Assembly (NCBI GenBank): GCA_964016885.1 | Contig: OZ024743.1 | Span: 263,872,001 to 263,936,000, forward strand | Reading direction: 5' to 3' | DNA: 64,000 nt | From: Eledone cirrhosa | Taxonomy: Eukaryota | Shown: in pieces, positions 1 through 10,687 of the stretch | Layout: the number at the start of each line of letters is the position of its first letter | Numbering within the stretch: position 1 is the first letter of the stretch | Translations under genes and position numbers: made by a program | The notes under the pieces: model-generated | What the model saw: only the letters and a program-made list of their open reading frames with translations | Database searches by the model: none | What the model was told of the DNA's origin: nothing

Positions 1-100
1 AATTCCTCTCTGTTCGTCTCCAGGGGTTTATTACTCATGTTTCTCAACTGTTATTTACAGTGAACATCTATTGCTATTAATATATATTTATATATATATA

Positions 101-289
101 ACGAAGGAAATGTGGTAAGGAACCAAGTGGACCATAACGCACCAAAGTACTCAATACTTAGGGTAGTAGAGTGGGTAATAGGAACGAGTAGGACCCCGAC
201 GGCTGAGCTCAAGCCGTTTCGACGGCTAATTCTGCACTAGAATTAGCCGTCGAAACGGCTTGAGCTCAGCCGTCGGGGTCCTACTCGTT

Positions 290-290
<1 letters not shown>
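101..290. mobile_element. Short palindromic PLE pseudo-LTR derivative carrying the 3' half of a hammerhead (family B), in (TA)n
   Basis: Perfect 52-bp inverted repeat 182-233/239-290 with loop GCACT. Right arm reads stem II-CGAAAC-GGCT(TGAGCTC)AGCC-GTC-GGGGTC. The same ~55 bp recurs at 21347-21400 and 51369-51423, each between TA runs. Confidence 0.7.
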
Positions 291-352
<62 letters not shown>

Positions 353-419
353 TAATGAAATAAAAACAAGAACAGGTTCCTTATATTAAAATAATTATCA
401 TTTAAGTGTGAGGTATATA

Positions 420-706
420 TTAATTAAGATTATAGTATTTGAAGGTTTTTCTAATTCTATGATTGCATGATATAATTAATTCGCTTATTTAATAGGATAT
501 CATAGATTTCATGATTTCAAATAGTTCTTGGGAGCATCACCTACACTCATATCTACTATTTAGATAAGGAGTGGCCCTTTTGAGCACGCTCCAGGTCAGG
601 TAATAATTAATATCCTTCTTTCTATAATTATTAATTGCTTCAGCCAAGGAGGTTGTATAAGCCAATGCGGCATTTTTAAAACTATGTTTGTGGGTATTAA
701 ATCGTA
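420..706 (-). pseudogene. Degenerate C-terminus of a PLE GIY-YIG endonuclease (not in ORF track)
   Basis: Manual translation RFNTHKHSFKNAALAYTTSLAEAINNYRKKDINYYLTWSVLKRATPYLNSRYECR*CSQELFEI...LLNK...SCNHRIRKTFKYY aligns with RWYAHTHSF...[48 protein letters not shown]...LLNK...[12 protein letters not shown] of the element at 53473-55616. Confidence 0.85.
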
Positions 707-1498
707 GAATTAGAAAATCATAGAATTAGAAAAACCTTCAAATACTATAAACTTAATTAATATATTCCTCACACTTATATTTTACAAATTATTATAATTT
801 TTTTAATTTAGTTTACCTATAATTAAATATTTACTACAATGAATTTCATAATTTTATTTCCCTCTTGCAGCTCACTTTACCTTAAGTTATCTTTAACCTC
901 ACTACTTCTTTTAACCGCATCCCCTATCTATCACATTATATACCTAGGATTAGTAAATATAATTAATATCTTTAATATTACGGTTGTTTAATAGATACAG
1001 TACTTTTTATAAAATGTTATCTATTTCAGTCTTCCTATATATATATATATTTTTTTTTAATTTCTTTTACTTCTTTATTTACGACATTCATAAGAATTAA
1101 TATAATTTAACTCTGTAATACCTATCAATTAATTTAATTTCCTTGTATGTATCTAGGTTCCTTACCATTTAAACAGGAGTAGTATTTCTCACTAACATTC
1201 TCATCCCACATCAAATTCTTTTCCCTATGCTTTTAACAACATTCTTTAATAGCATCATTTTTTTAGGGGGGGGGGGGTCCTTTCACTACCACATTAACTT
1301 GACCTCATTTTAATCCCTACCTTTCTCTTCCCCATTCTTTTCATTCAAAGCATAACTTTACATTCCTCCACTCCTAGCATAAGATGTCTACTACGGTTAT
1401 TCTATCAACTTGACCTCTAACTTTTCTATTGGTCAATTCAAAACCTGTTCCCAAACAGACTTTTTGTATTGATACTTTCTTTCAATAAACAGATTTCA

Positions 1499-1637
1499 TC
1501 ATTTCTGAAGATGGCATATATAAGTGAAGGTGTGTATATCGCCTCTGATAATTTGTAATATTTTTTTTTACATAGATCTTTAATCTGATATACTTACCAA
1601 CATACGCATATAAATCCCAGAAAGGATCGTTAAATGA
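1499..1637 (+). ncRNA. Type I hammerhead ribozyme motif with long stem II (family A), slightly degenerate
   Basis: TCATTT-CTGAAGA-(~108 nt)-GAAA-G-GATC-G-TT-AAATGA. Stem I is TCATTT/AAATGA. Homologous to the cleaner copy at 33325-33471. Confidence 0.7.
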
Positions 1638-1830
1638 GGATTTTTTTAATATAAGGAACATGTTCTTTATTTTTATTTCATTGTTTTTATTAATTTATCT
1701 TGATTCTGTTTTGCTATGATTTTTATCGTTAAATTTTATAATGTATTCTCTCTTTTCATGATATCTTCTATATTTGGATTACATTGAGTTCTTCATACGG
1801 ATTGGACGCTACCGTCTATTTTGGTAGATC

Positions 1831-1964
<134 letters not shown>

Positions 1965-2597
1965 TGTTTAAGTCGTTTGGAATCCCCGACAATGCAAATG
2001 GGTAAATCTCCGGGTAACAAGATCCGGTGGTGGAGAGAGAGATGTAAGTGGGTGTACGTTGAGATGCGTGGTGTGTAAAGATGTGTAAATGTGTAGAAGA
2101 AAGAAGGGAAGAGTATAAAGGATAAAATTAAAATAACAACACAAGAGAGAGTTACCTTGGGAGAGATTTAATAGTCCCTATATATTTCGGATTCACATCC
2201 ATCAACTGGGGTTTTTTTCCGGCGTAAAGGTTGTCTGTCGGACAGGTGCGAAACGCTTCCTCCGCTGTTTGTTGTTTTGAATATCTGAGGTATTCGGCAG
2301 AGCGCGCGTGCGCGTGAAATGGGGTCGGTCGGGCAGAGGTCAGCGGCCGAATGAGGGAGTGGAGTGGCGCTAGCTGTCAGTCCATTCTCTGCATGTTTGT
2401 TAAATTTTACTGTGTGTGTGTGTGTGCGTGTGTTGTCTCGCTTGAGTGTGTGTGTGTGTGCCTGTGTAGTTGCCTTGTTCCTCTGTATTGTCAGTGTAGT
2501 ATGTTCGTATGGTGGAATGCTACTGTGTGTATGTGTGTGTGTGTAGTTGTCTCGTTTGTGTGTGCGTGTGTTGTGTGCTGCTACATCGTTTGTTAAC

Positions 2598-3898
2598 TTA
2601 AACCAGCCTTCTCATTTCGCTTCTCTCTAATCGGTTGTTTATTTGCGGTTGCAGGCGTTTGATAAAAAGTGGTTCCTTGATACGTAACGTGCCGACGTTT
2701 CTTTCAGTCGCCAGAATTGTGACAATGGGCCTTCCGTCTTTGTTTCCGCATTTGTCTATGTGTTTCCAGAAAGACGAGGCCCTGGTTTTAGTGTGTTCCT
2801 TGATCCGGATGTGCAAAGGTCGGATTGTGTTACCTATGTAGTATTGGTTGCACCTGTCACATTCTATCTTATACACGACGTATGTGCGTAGGCAACAGTT
2901 CGCATGGCGTATCGGGCAGTCTCTGAGGGAGCATGCGTCAGTAGATTTCCCGGGTTTCTTGGAGAGGCTTCTTCACAGGGAGGGGCCCGAGTGGGCCAGG
3001 TGGATGTCGAGGCCCTCCCTCCGTATAGCCTTGCGGATAGCGTTGGTGGTATTCTCGCCCAGATGTGGAATTTTAAGGAAGCACTTGCCTTGGGTGCCTC
3101 TCTGTCTCTTGTGTCTGGTGTCTCCTATTCTGTCTGTGATCGAGGTAGGGTACCCGTTCGTCTCCAGCACCTCGAGGAATCGCTTGGTATGAGTGACACC
3201 ACTCGCAGGATCGCTGCATCTGTTTTTGATTCGCGCGATCTCGTTCGTGATGTATCCTCTTTTGGCACTGTTAGGGAGGGCGGACTTGTAGTGAACGAAC
3301 AGGTCCCTGCAGGCTGCCTTTCGGTAGAAGTTGCAGTGGATCCTTCCCTGTTCCGTGATGTTGATTCGGAAGTCGAGGAGGGCAGGTGACCCGTCTTCAT
3401 TGGGGTGTTCAACACTGAAGTCAATGTTCTCGTCCGTGTTGTTGAACGTCTCATAGATTCTGTTCGCCGTGTCTTGGGAAGATGTGAGGATGAGGATATC
3501 GTCCACGTACCTTGAGAAAAAGGCTACGGCGTTGGGGTGGCATGCGTTGAGTGCCTTACGTTCGAGGTTGTCCATGTAAGAGATCGCTAGCACACCTGAT
3601 AGGCTTGATCCCATGGGCAATCCCGAGGTTTGTTGGTATGTTTGGTAAAGGAATCCGAAGTAGGTGTTGTCGACGACGATGGATAGGAGTTGGTGGATGT
3701 CAGTGGTGGTGAGCCCTAAGCTGTGTAAGTCGGTGGATTGGACGCGTTCCATCAGTATATTGACGGCCGGGAGTGCCGGGACCGAGGTGTAGAGAGCGAC
3801 TACATCAAGGCTGAAGGCATATCTGTTATTCCTTCTAGTGTCGGGATCCATTTGATGCAGGCGCTTCAACACCTCGGAGCTGTTAACGTGTCCCGGCA
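2598..3898 (-). pseudogene. Inverted second copy of the same RT-EN ORF, interrupted by a nonsense codon
   Basis: ORFs 2973-3872 and 2598-2876 are near-identical to 3922-5346. TGA at 2973-2975 corresponds to CGA at 4969-4971. 3-bp deletion near 3875. Confidence 0.9.
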
Positions 3899-3921
3899 GA
3901 CTACACGCCTTCTACCACCTC

Positions 3922-5346
3922 GTGAAAACACACAAACAGGGACCCGACCTGAAGACCAGCCCCATCGTATCGAGCGTGGAGGGACCACTCTACAAAATTT
4001 CATGGCTCCTAGCCAGAATACTCAAACCCATCTTAGACACCTTGCCGGGACACGTTAACAGTTCCGAGGAGGTGTTGAAGCGCCTGCATCAAATGGATCC
4101 CGACACCAGAAGGAATAACAGATATGCCTTCAGCCTTGATGTAGTCGCTCTCTACACCTCGGTCCCGGCACTCCCGGCCGTCAATATACTGATGGAACGC
4201 GTCCAATCCACCGACTTACACTGCTTCGGGCTCACCACCACTGACATCCACCAACTCCTATCCATCGTCGTCGACAACACCTACTTCGGATTCCTTTACC
4301 AAACATACCAACAAACCTCGGGATTGCCCATGGGATCAAGCCTATCAGGTGTGCTAGCGATCTCTTACATGGACAACCTCGAACGCAAGGCACTCAACGC
4401 CTGCCACCCCAACGCCGTAGCCTTTTTCTCAAGGTACGTGGACGATATCCCCATCCTCACATCTTCCCAAGACACGGCGAACAGAATCTATGAGGCGTTC
4501 AACAACACGGACGAGAACATTGACTTCAGTGTTGAACACCCCAACGAAGACGGGTCACTTGCCCTCCTCGACTTCCGAATCAACATCACGGAACAGGGAA
4601 GGATCCATTGCAACTTCTACCGAAAGGCAGCCTGCAGGGACCTGTTCGTTCACTACAAGTCCGCCCTCCCTAACAGTGCCAAAAGAGGATACATCACGAA
4701 CGAGATCGCGCGAATCAAAAACAGATGCAGCGATCCTGCGAGTGGTGTCACTCATACCAAGCTATTCCTCGAGGTGCTGGAGACGAACGGGTACCCTACC
4801 TCGATCACAGACAGAATAGGAGACACCAGACACAAGAGACAGAGAGGCACCCAAGGCAAGTGCTTCCTTAAAATTCCACATCTGGGCGAGAATACCACCA
4901 ACGCTATCCGCAAGGCTATACGGAGGGAGGGCCTCGACATCCACCTGGCCCACTCGGGCCCCTCCCTGCGAAGATGCCTCTCCAAGAAACCCGGGAAATC
5001 TACTGACGCATGCTCCCTCAGAGACCGCCCGATACGCCATGCGAACTGTTGCCTACGCACATACGTCGTGTATAAGATAGAATGTGACAGGTGCAACCAA
5101 TACTACATAGGTAGCACAATCCGACCTTTGCACATCCGGATCAAGGAACACACTAAAACCAGGGCCTCGTCTTTCCGGAAACACATAGAAAAATGCGGAA
5201 ACAAAGACGGAAGGCCCATTGTCACAATTCTAGCGACTGAAAGAAACGTCGGCACGTTACGTATCAAGGAAGCACTTTTTATCAAACGCCTGCAACCGCA
5301 AATAAACAACCGATTAGAGAGAAGCGAAATGAGATGGCTGGTTTAA
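3922..5346 (+). CDS. PLE reverse transcriptase + GIY-YIG endonuclease, 5'-truncated (no N-terminal domain)
   Basis: Motifs FYHLVKTHK..PIVS, SLDVVALYTSVP, QQTSGLPMGSSLS, RYVDD, LLDFRI, FYRK, VVYKIECDRCNQYYIGST.RPLHIRIKEH, KEALFIKRLQPQIN. Confidence 0.93.
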   Translation: MKTHKQGPDLKTSPIVSSVEGPLYKISWLLARILKPILDTLPGHVNSSEEVLKRLHQMDPDTRRNNRYAFSLDVVALYTSVPALPAVNILMERVQSTDLHCFGLTTTDIHQLLSIVVDNTYFGFLYQTYQQTSGLPMGSSLSGVLAISYMDNLERKALNACHPNAVAFFSRYVDDIPILTSSQDTANRIYEAFNNTDENIDFSVEHPNEDGSLALLDFRINITEQGRIHCNFYRKAACRDLFVHYKSALPNSAKRGYITNEIARIKNRCSDPASGVTHTKLFLEVLETNGYPTSITDRIGDTRHKRQRGTQGKCFLKIPHLGENTTNAIRKAIRREGLDIHLAHSGPSLRRCLSKKPGKSTDACSLRDRPIRHANCCLRTYVVYKIECDRCNQYYIGSTIRPLHIRIKEHTKTRASSFRKHIEKCGNKDGRPIVTILATERNVGTLRIKEALFIKRLQPQINNRLERSEMRWLV

Positions 5347-5719
5347 GTTAACAAACGATGTAGTAACACACAACACACGCACACACAAACGAGACAACTA
5401 CAGACACACACACAGTAGCATTCCACCATACGAACATACTACACTGCCAATACAGAGGAACAAGGCAACTACACAGGCACACACACACACACTCAAGCGA
5501 GACAACACACACACACACAGTAACATTTAACAAACAGGCAGAGAATGGACTGACAGCTAGCGCCACCCCACTCCCTCATTCGGCCGCTGACCTCTGCCGG
5601 ACCGACCCCATTTCACGCGCACGCGCGCTCTGCCGAATACCTCAGATATTCAAAACAACAAACAGCGGAGGAAGCGTTTCGCACCTGTCCGACAGACAAC
5701 CTTTACGCCGGAAAAAAAA

Positions 5720-5754
5720 CCCAGTTGATGGCTGTGAATCCGAAATATATAGGG
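5720..5754 (+). ncRNA. Atypical minimal hammerhead-like motif in the PLE 3' pseudo-LTR (mirror copy 2176-2211, -)
   Basis: CCC-CAGTTGA-T-GGAT(GTGA)ATCC-GAAA-TATA-TA-GGG in the left-arm version. Architecture fits, but the core is CAGUUGA rather than CUGANGA. Confidence 0.4.
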
Positions 5755-6007
5755 ACTATTAAATCTCTCCCAAGGTAACCCTCTCTTGTGTTGTTATTTT
5801 AATTTTATCCTTTATACTCTTCCCTTCTTTCTTCTACACATTTACACATCTTTACACACCACGCATCTCAACGTACACCCACTTACATCTCTCTCTCCAC
5901 CACCGGATCTTGTTACCCGGAGATTTACCCATTTGCATTGTCGGGGCTTCCAAACGACTTAAAGATATTTATTTATTATTCCACAATGCTTCAAGCAAAC
6001 TTCAATA

Positions 6008-6046
<39 letters not shown>

Positions 6047-6051
6047 TAAAA

Positions 6052-6572
6052 AAGATCCCGTTAAGGGTGAAAGCAGCGATTCTTTGCTTAAAGTTTAATC
6101 TGTTATTTTAATAAATATTTGCTCTACGGTTCTTATATATTTGATATATATTTATCCTTATCGAGCCCTCTTTGGATTTTAGTCTTCAAATTTATTATTA
6201 TTACTATTTGGCTCCCTCGGTTGAGCACTCTACTGACTTATATTCATCATGCAGAAACAACATCTGAATATTTCTACAAAGAACATACCCGTACCAAGCA
6301 GGAAAACATACCTAAAAAGACAAAAAAGTACGAACCAAAGTATCGTCTTCCTGTCTTCCTCCGGTTGCAACGTTTTTGAAATATCCACTTCTGCGTTTAC
6401 AGATTGACTTTGTTAGTTTCAGAAGATCCCGTTAAGGGTGAAAGCAGCGATTCTTTGCTTAAACTTTAATCTGTTATTTTAATAAATATTTGCTCTACGG
6501 TTCTTATATATTTGATATATATTTATCCTTATCGAGCCCTCTTTGGATTTTAGTCTTCAAATTTATTATTAT

Positions 6573-6578
<6 letters not shown>
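6052..6578 (+). mobile_element. Retrozyme-like non-coding tandem element (371-bp period, ~1.4 units) with HHR (family D), in (TA)n
   Basis: ~155-bp direct repeats at 6052-6207 and 6423-6578. Predicted cleavage sites after 6089 and 6460. Another fragment at 61132-61185. Confidence 0.75.
6415..6465 (+). ncRNA. Type I hammerhead motif with CAGAAGA core (U4A)
   Basis: AGTTT-CAGAAGA-T-CCC(GTTAA)GGG-T-GAAA-GCA(GCGATTCTT)TGC-TT-AAACT. All three stems pair. Confidence 0.7.
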
Positions 6579-6616
<38 letters not shown>

Positions 6617-6625
6617 GTTACGGTA

Positions 6626-6690
<65 letters not shown>

Positions 6691-6824
6691 GGTTTGTTGG
6701 TTCACCACTGGATAGAACTGGTCATTCCGTATGGTCAACCTCGATGTAATATCATGGAGAGCACTCGACGTAATGCAACCCACCCGTCTTCGTTTGTCTG
6801 GTTGGTGGTGCGAGTACGGAGTTA

Positions 6825-7236
6825 ATTATAAAATAACAGGAGGCTGGACTGGTGTAATTCCTTAAAAGGTTTATTAAACTATGATCATTTCAATGACCGG
6901 GTTCAGTATGAATCCGATGACATCATCAGGTATTCGAAATATAACAAAGGAATATAATAGACAAAATCCATGGGGCTGAAAATCAGAGACATGAGGGTGA
7001 CCGAACATTTAGCAGCATCTACCTCGGTCGGCCGCTCTCAAATAAATGCTAAATGTAAGGTCGCCCTCATGTCTCTGATTTTTAGCCCCATAGATTTTCT
7101 CTATTATATTCCTTTGTTATATTTCGGATACCTGATGATGTCACCGGATTAATACTGAACCCGGTCATTGAAATGATCATAGTATAATAAACCTTTTAAG
7201 GAATTACACCAGTCCAGCCTCCTGTTATTTTATAAT
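6825..7236. mobile_element. Palindromic non-coding element with an HHR in each arm (family E)
   Basis: ~190-bp inverted arms around a ~30-bp loop. A tail at ~6690-6824 is related to 12290-12420 and 20215-20300. Flanked by (TA)n. Confidence 0.85.
7128..7185 (+). ncRNA. Minimal type I hammerhead (mirror copy 6876-6933, -)
   Basis: ATAC-CTGATGA-TGTCACCGG..CCGGTCAT-T-GAAA-T(GATC)A-TA-GTAT with a palindromic stem III loop. AATAAA follows. Confidence 0.8.
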
Positions 7237-7433
7237 ATATATATATATATTAGATATTAATTTAGCAATAAAAACAATAGCAAAGTCAGTTACTGTTCCA
7301 AGTCATATTATTGTTTTACGGGGGGGGGGATGATCATATTGACATATTGACTGATCTATAGGAGTTATATAACTGTATACTATCAGACATCATATATAGG
7401 TTCGATCAACACACACACACATATATATATATG

Positions 7434-7486
<53 letters not shown>

Positions 7487-8676
7487 CAGAAGTGTACAGA
7501 TAACAGATCTGACAATAAAACAAGAAACAATACTACTGCCAATAATAATAATCCTAAAAACGATATTAATGGAATGATAGCTTCAAAACTTTAAATGGTG
7601 AAAAGTGTAGACATAAAAACGATAAAGTCAGATAAAAGGTAAGGCAAGATAATAACATAAGTAAAATGTAAATCTAAAGTAGTACCATGTCCGTGGGACA
7701 GGACGCTTGACTAAGTAGCAATGGCTAGTCCCAAGAAAGTGAAGCATATGTGAGATAAAGGCTGTAGTTTGACAGCAAGAACTCAACACCGAAAACATCC
7801 CTTTCGTTATATTAATGAATTAAATCAATAAATCTTACCTCAGTATTATACCAATACAACGTCATATACAGATCTCCGTGATTCCATATCATACGAAGAA
7901 AGGTTGACTGACGTTGAGTGCTTAATAGGCTTACATCAGCATTAATTGAAAGATATTAGCGACTTCAAATCTAATGACTGATAGATTAAAATGACATAAC
8001 CACAGTAAACACACACAGACACACATATACACCCAGACAGACATACATATTTATTTTTTAAAGCAATTTAAACGTCTGTATAGAGCTAGACAACTACGAC
8101 AGACTGGTATCGAGCACGCCTTACAGTTGGTAATCAAATAGAGCTAGAAGAGAGAAGTAATAACAAAAATTAAAAACAGAAAAGAAAACCCAGAAAAATA
8201 GATAAATTAATAAAATAAAAAATTCAAGACCAATGGGAGGCAGATTATGCATATGAAAATAGGAAACATAAGATGTAAAACAGCTAAAAGTTTCTGTTGG
8301 ACCTTTTCGTAGCTTCATGTACTGAAACATTTTGGTTATATACCTATATAAAAGCTCGCACTTCGGATTCGATATACGAAATAACTTTGTTTATATTTTA
8401 TCACAGCTATTGTAGCTTTCTATTTCGGACGGATACCATGCCTTAAGTTTGTTGGATTTTTCTTTCCCTCTTCCTTTTTTCCCCTTCTTTCATTCTTTGT
8501 CTCTCTCTCACTTTTCCCTTCCTCTTACTACTACTTTTCGTTCCTTCTCCCTTCTACCCACCGCTCCGGCTCGTCACTTCCACCTGCTACCACCTCCACA
8601 GCCAGAGTTTTTGTTGTTATCTTTTCTAAGAGCGACCCGATGCCGAGTGGACGCATTTTATTATATATATATACAT

Positions 8677-9210
8677 ATATTGTTATACTTTGGGAGGGTC
8701 ATGTTGCCAATAAGAAACACACGCACCAGCTGCTTTCACTTAAATTTATTATAATAAATTTATAAATTTAGGAGTTTATATATTTCCGGTTGGTTGGTTG
8801 GTTCCACAACCAGATGATTGTTTACATATTGTCAAAGTTCTTTCGTCACACATTCTGTGACATCTTCAGTGACTGAGGATTCTTTTCTTTGTTTTTGTGC
8901 CTCTCCTTTCGTAGGACAGAACAAAGGAGAGGCACAAAAACAAAGAAAAGAATCCCAGTCACAGAATAGGTCGCAGAATGTGTGACGAAAGAACTTTGCA
9001 ATATATAAACAATCATCTGGTTGTGGAACCAACCAACCAACCGGAAATTTATAAATTCCTAAATTTATAAATTTATTATAATAAATTGAAATGAAAGCAA
9101 TAGTGCGTGTGTTTCTTATTGGCAACATGACCCTCCCAAAGTTAACAATATCGGTTTCAACACACGTTTTCAGATAAAGAATCTTGCTAAACAAATTCAG
9201 AAACGAAATA
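8677..9210. mobile_element. Palindromic pseudo-LTR element (family F, related to the PLE at 33997-38320)
   Basis: Arms 8677-8909 and 8923-9150 plus a 60-bp tail into (TA)n. Terminus TTGTTATACTT(T/G)GGGAGGGTCAT is shared with 33997, 38121, 39011, 61497 and (rc) ~15008, ~38278. Confidence 0.85.
8831..8873 (-). ncRNA. Ultra-minimal type I hammerhead (family F)
   Basis: GTCA-CTGAAGA-T-GTCACA(GAATG)TGTGAC-GAAA-G(AA)C-TT-TGAC. Homologues at 61618-61660 (-, CTGAGGA core) and 34203-34244 (-, CTGACGA core, covarying stem II GTTGCA/TGCAAC). Confidence 0.75.
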
Positions 9211-10229
9211 TATATATATATATATATAAATTGCTTTCACCACCACTTCCTACACCCATATTTCATCTACGTGCACACAGACATGCACGCAACATCCGTA
9301 TTTACACATTTAAACACATACATACCACCCAGAAATATCTGCATAAGGAAATACACAGGCATTCTCATTTAGCAACCTCTTTTGTCGCGTTATTGTAACA
9401 ATATAACGATCGTTGTATGTTTATTTTTACTTTTTCACCTTTTTGAGTTAGATTGTATTTTTTCTATCTTACAAGATTATTTGATTCACACAATGACCAG
9501 CCACGCACACATACGATGCTGATACATCTACAAATACATATACACCATCACCAGTTATACTCATATACACACAAGGTGGTAGATATAACACCCACACTCA
9601 CATGCCCTTTTTTATCCTCTTCTATTTATGAAGAGAAGGCGGAGAATTGACAATTGTTAGAACGTTAGATAGAATGCCTTGCGGTATTCCTTTCGTCTCC
9701 CTGCTCTCCGTGTTCAATCACGCCGAGGTCAACATTGTCTTCATGCATTCGGAGTCGAAAGAGAAAGTTACAGCAAATTATTGGGATCTATTCTTCCTTT
9801 ATATCTCTTTCTCATTTCCATTATATCCTTCTCTGGGAGAAATCTGCTGTATCCAGGCCTGGAGAGGAGATAAGCTCTATCACTGTTAAAAATATCCTAG
9901 AAATTCTGTACGTCAACATGGTGCCCATACGATTTCCTCAAAAGTTACGAGACTATGCATGCATCTATGAAACCCATCTTCGCATTACTTCTACCCTCTG
10001 AAACTCATTTTTTTTATCTCTACCCGGTGAAGGACAAAGTTCCGATACGTTCGACCTTTTATTTTTTCCTTTTTGAAGAGTGAGCTTAATAAGACTATTG
10101 TTTTATCTCTTTGTTTGTCTGGTTTTAACTATATATGTATCTACATATACATATATCTATTCATATTTGATGATGTAGTATGAGCGCATGTGAAACTCAA
10201 GATTAACAAGAATCCCTACGTAGTCATAA

Positions 10230-10687
10230 TAAACTAGACCTGGAAAATGCGCTAGCTCAAAAGAGCCACAGAATGTTATAATAAACCTTCAAAAGTGTGG
10301 GACTAGAGTTGTTGCTCAAAATTATTGTAATCATTATCTATCGTACACTCTGTGGCATCCTTTTATAAAAAAGAAACTCATAACGAACTCAAGACGACAC
10401 GATAATTATTTAAGCTAATTTTCAATATCTCATATTAGATGTTTAGTAATGATTAATACGAAATGCACTTAAACCGAATTCTATATTATAAATTCACTTA
10501 AATATTAATAATTATCGTGTCGTCTTGAGTTCGTTATGAGTCTCCTTTTTATAAAAGGATGCCCCAGAGTGTACGATAGATAATGATTACAATATTTTTG
10601 AGCAACAACTTTAAAACCACACTTTTGAAGGTTTATTATAACATTCTGTGGCTCTTTTGAGCTTGCGCAATTTTCAGGTCTAGTTTA
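10230..10687. repeat. Fold-back inverted repeat (~180-bp arms, ~95-bp spacer), no HHR found
   Basis: TAAACTAGACCTGGAAAAT...CACGATAATTATT mirrored by AATAATTATCGTG...CAGGTCTAGTTTA with a few mismatches. Confidence 0.8.

Noticed and set aside
182-290. Recurrent hairpin repeats as a CRISPR array or REP elements
   Set aside because: Eukaryotic context, dispersed copies, no spacers and no cas genes.
510-545. In-frame TGA next to cysteines (CR*C), possible selenocysteine as in Naiad PLEs
   Set aside because: The TGA sits at the Leu position of CxLC, not at a Cys, and the remnant has other lesions. The TGA at 2973 corresponds to Arg CGA in the sister arm.
2848-5096. Antisense and alternate-frame ORFs overlapping the PLE RT genes
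   Set aside because: Shadow ORFs of a GC-richer coding sequence, duplicated only because of the palindrome.
9145-9185. CTGAAAA/CTGAAAT...GAAAC..GTT in the antisense family F tail as a second hammerhead
   Set aside because: The core does not match CUGANGA, the stems are weak and it is on the antisense strand.
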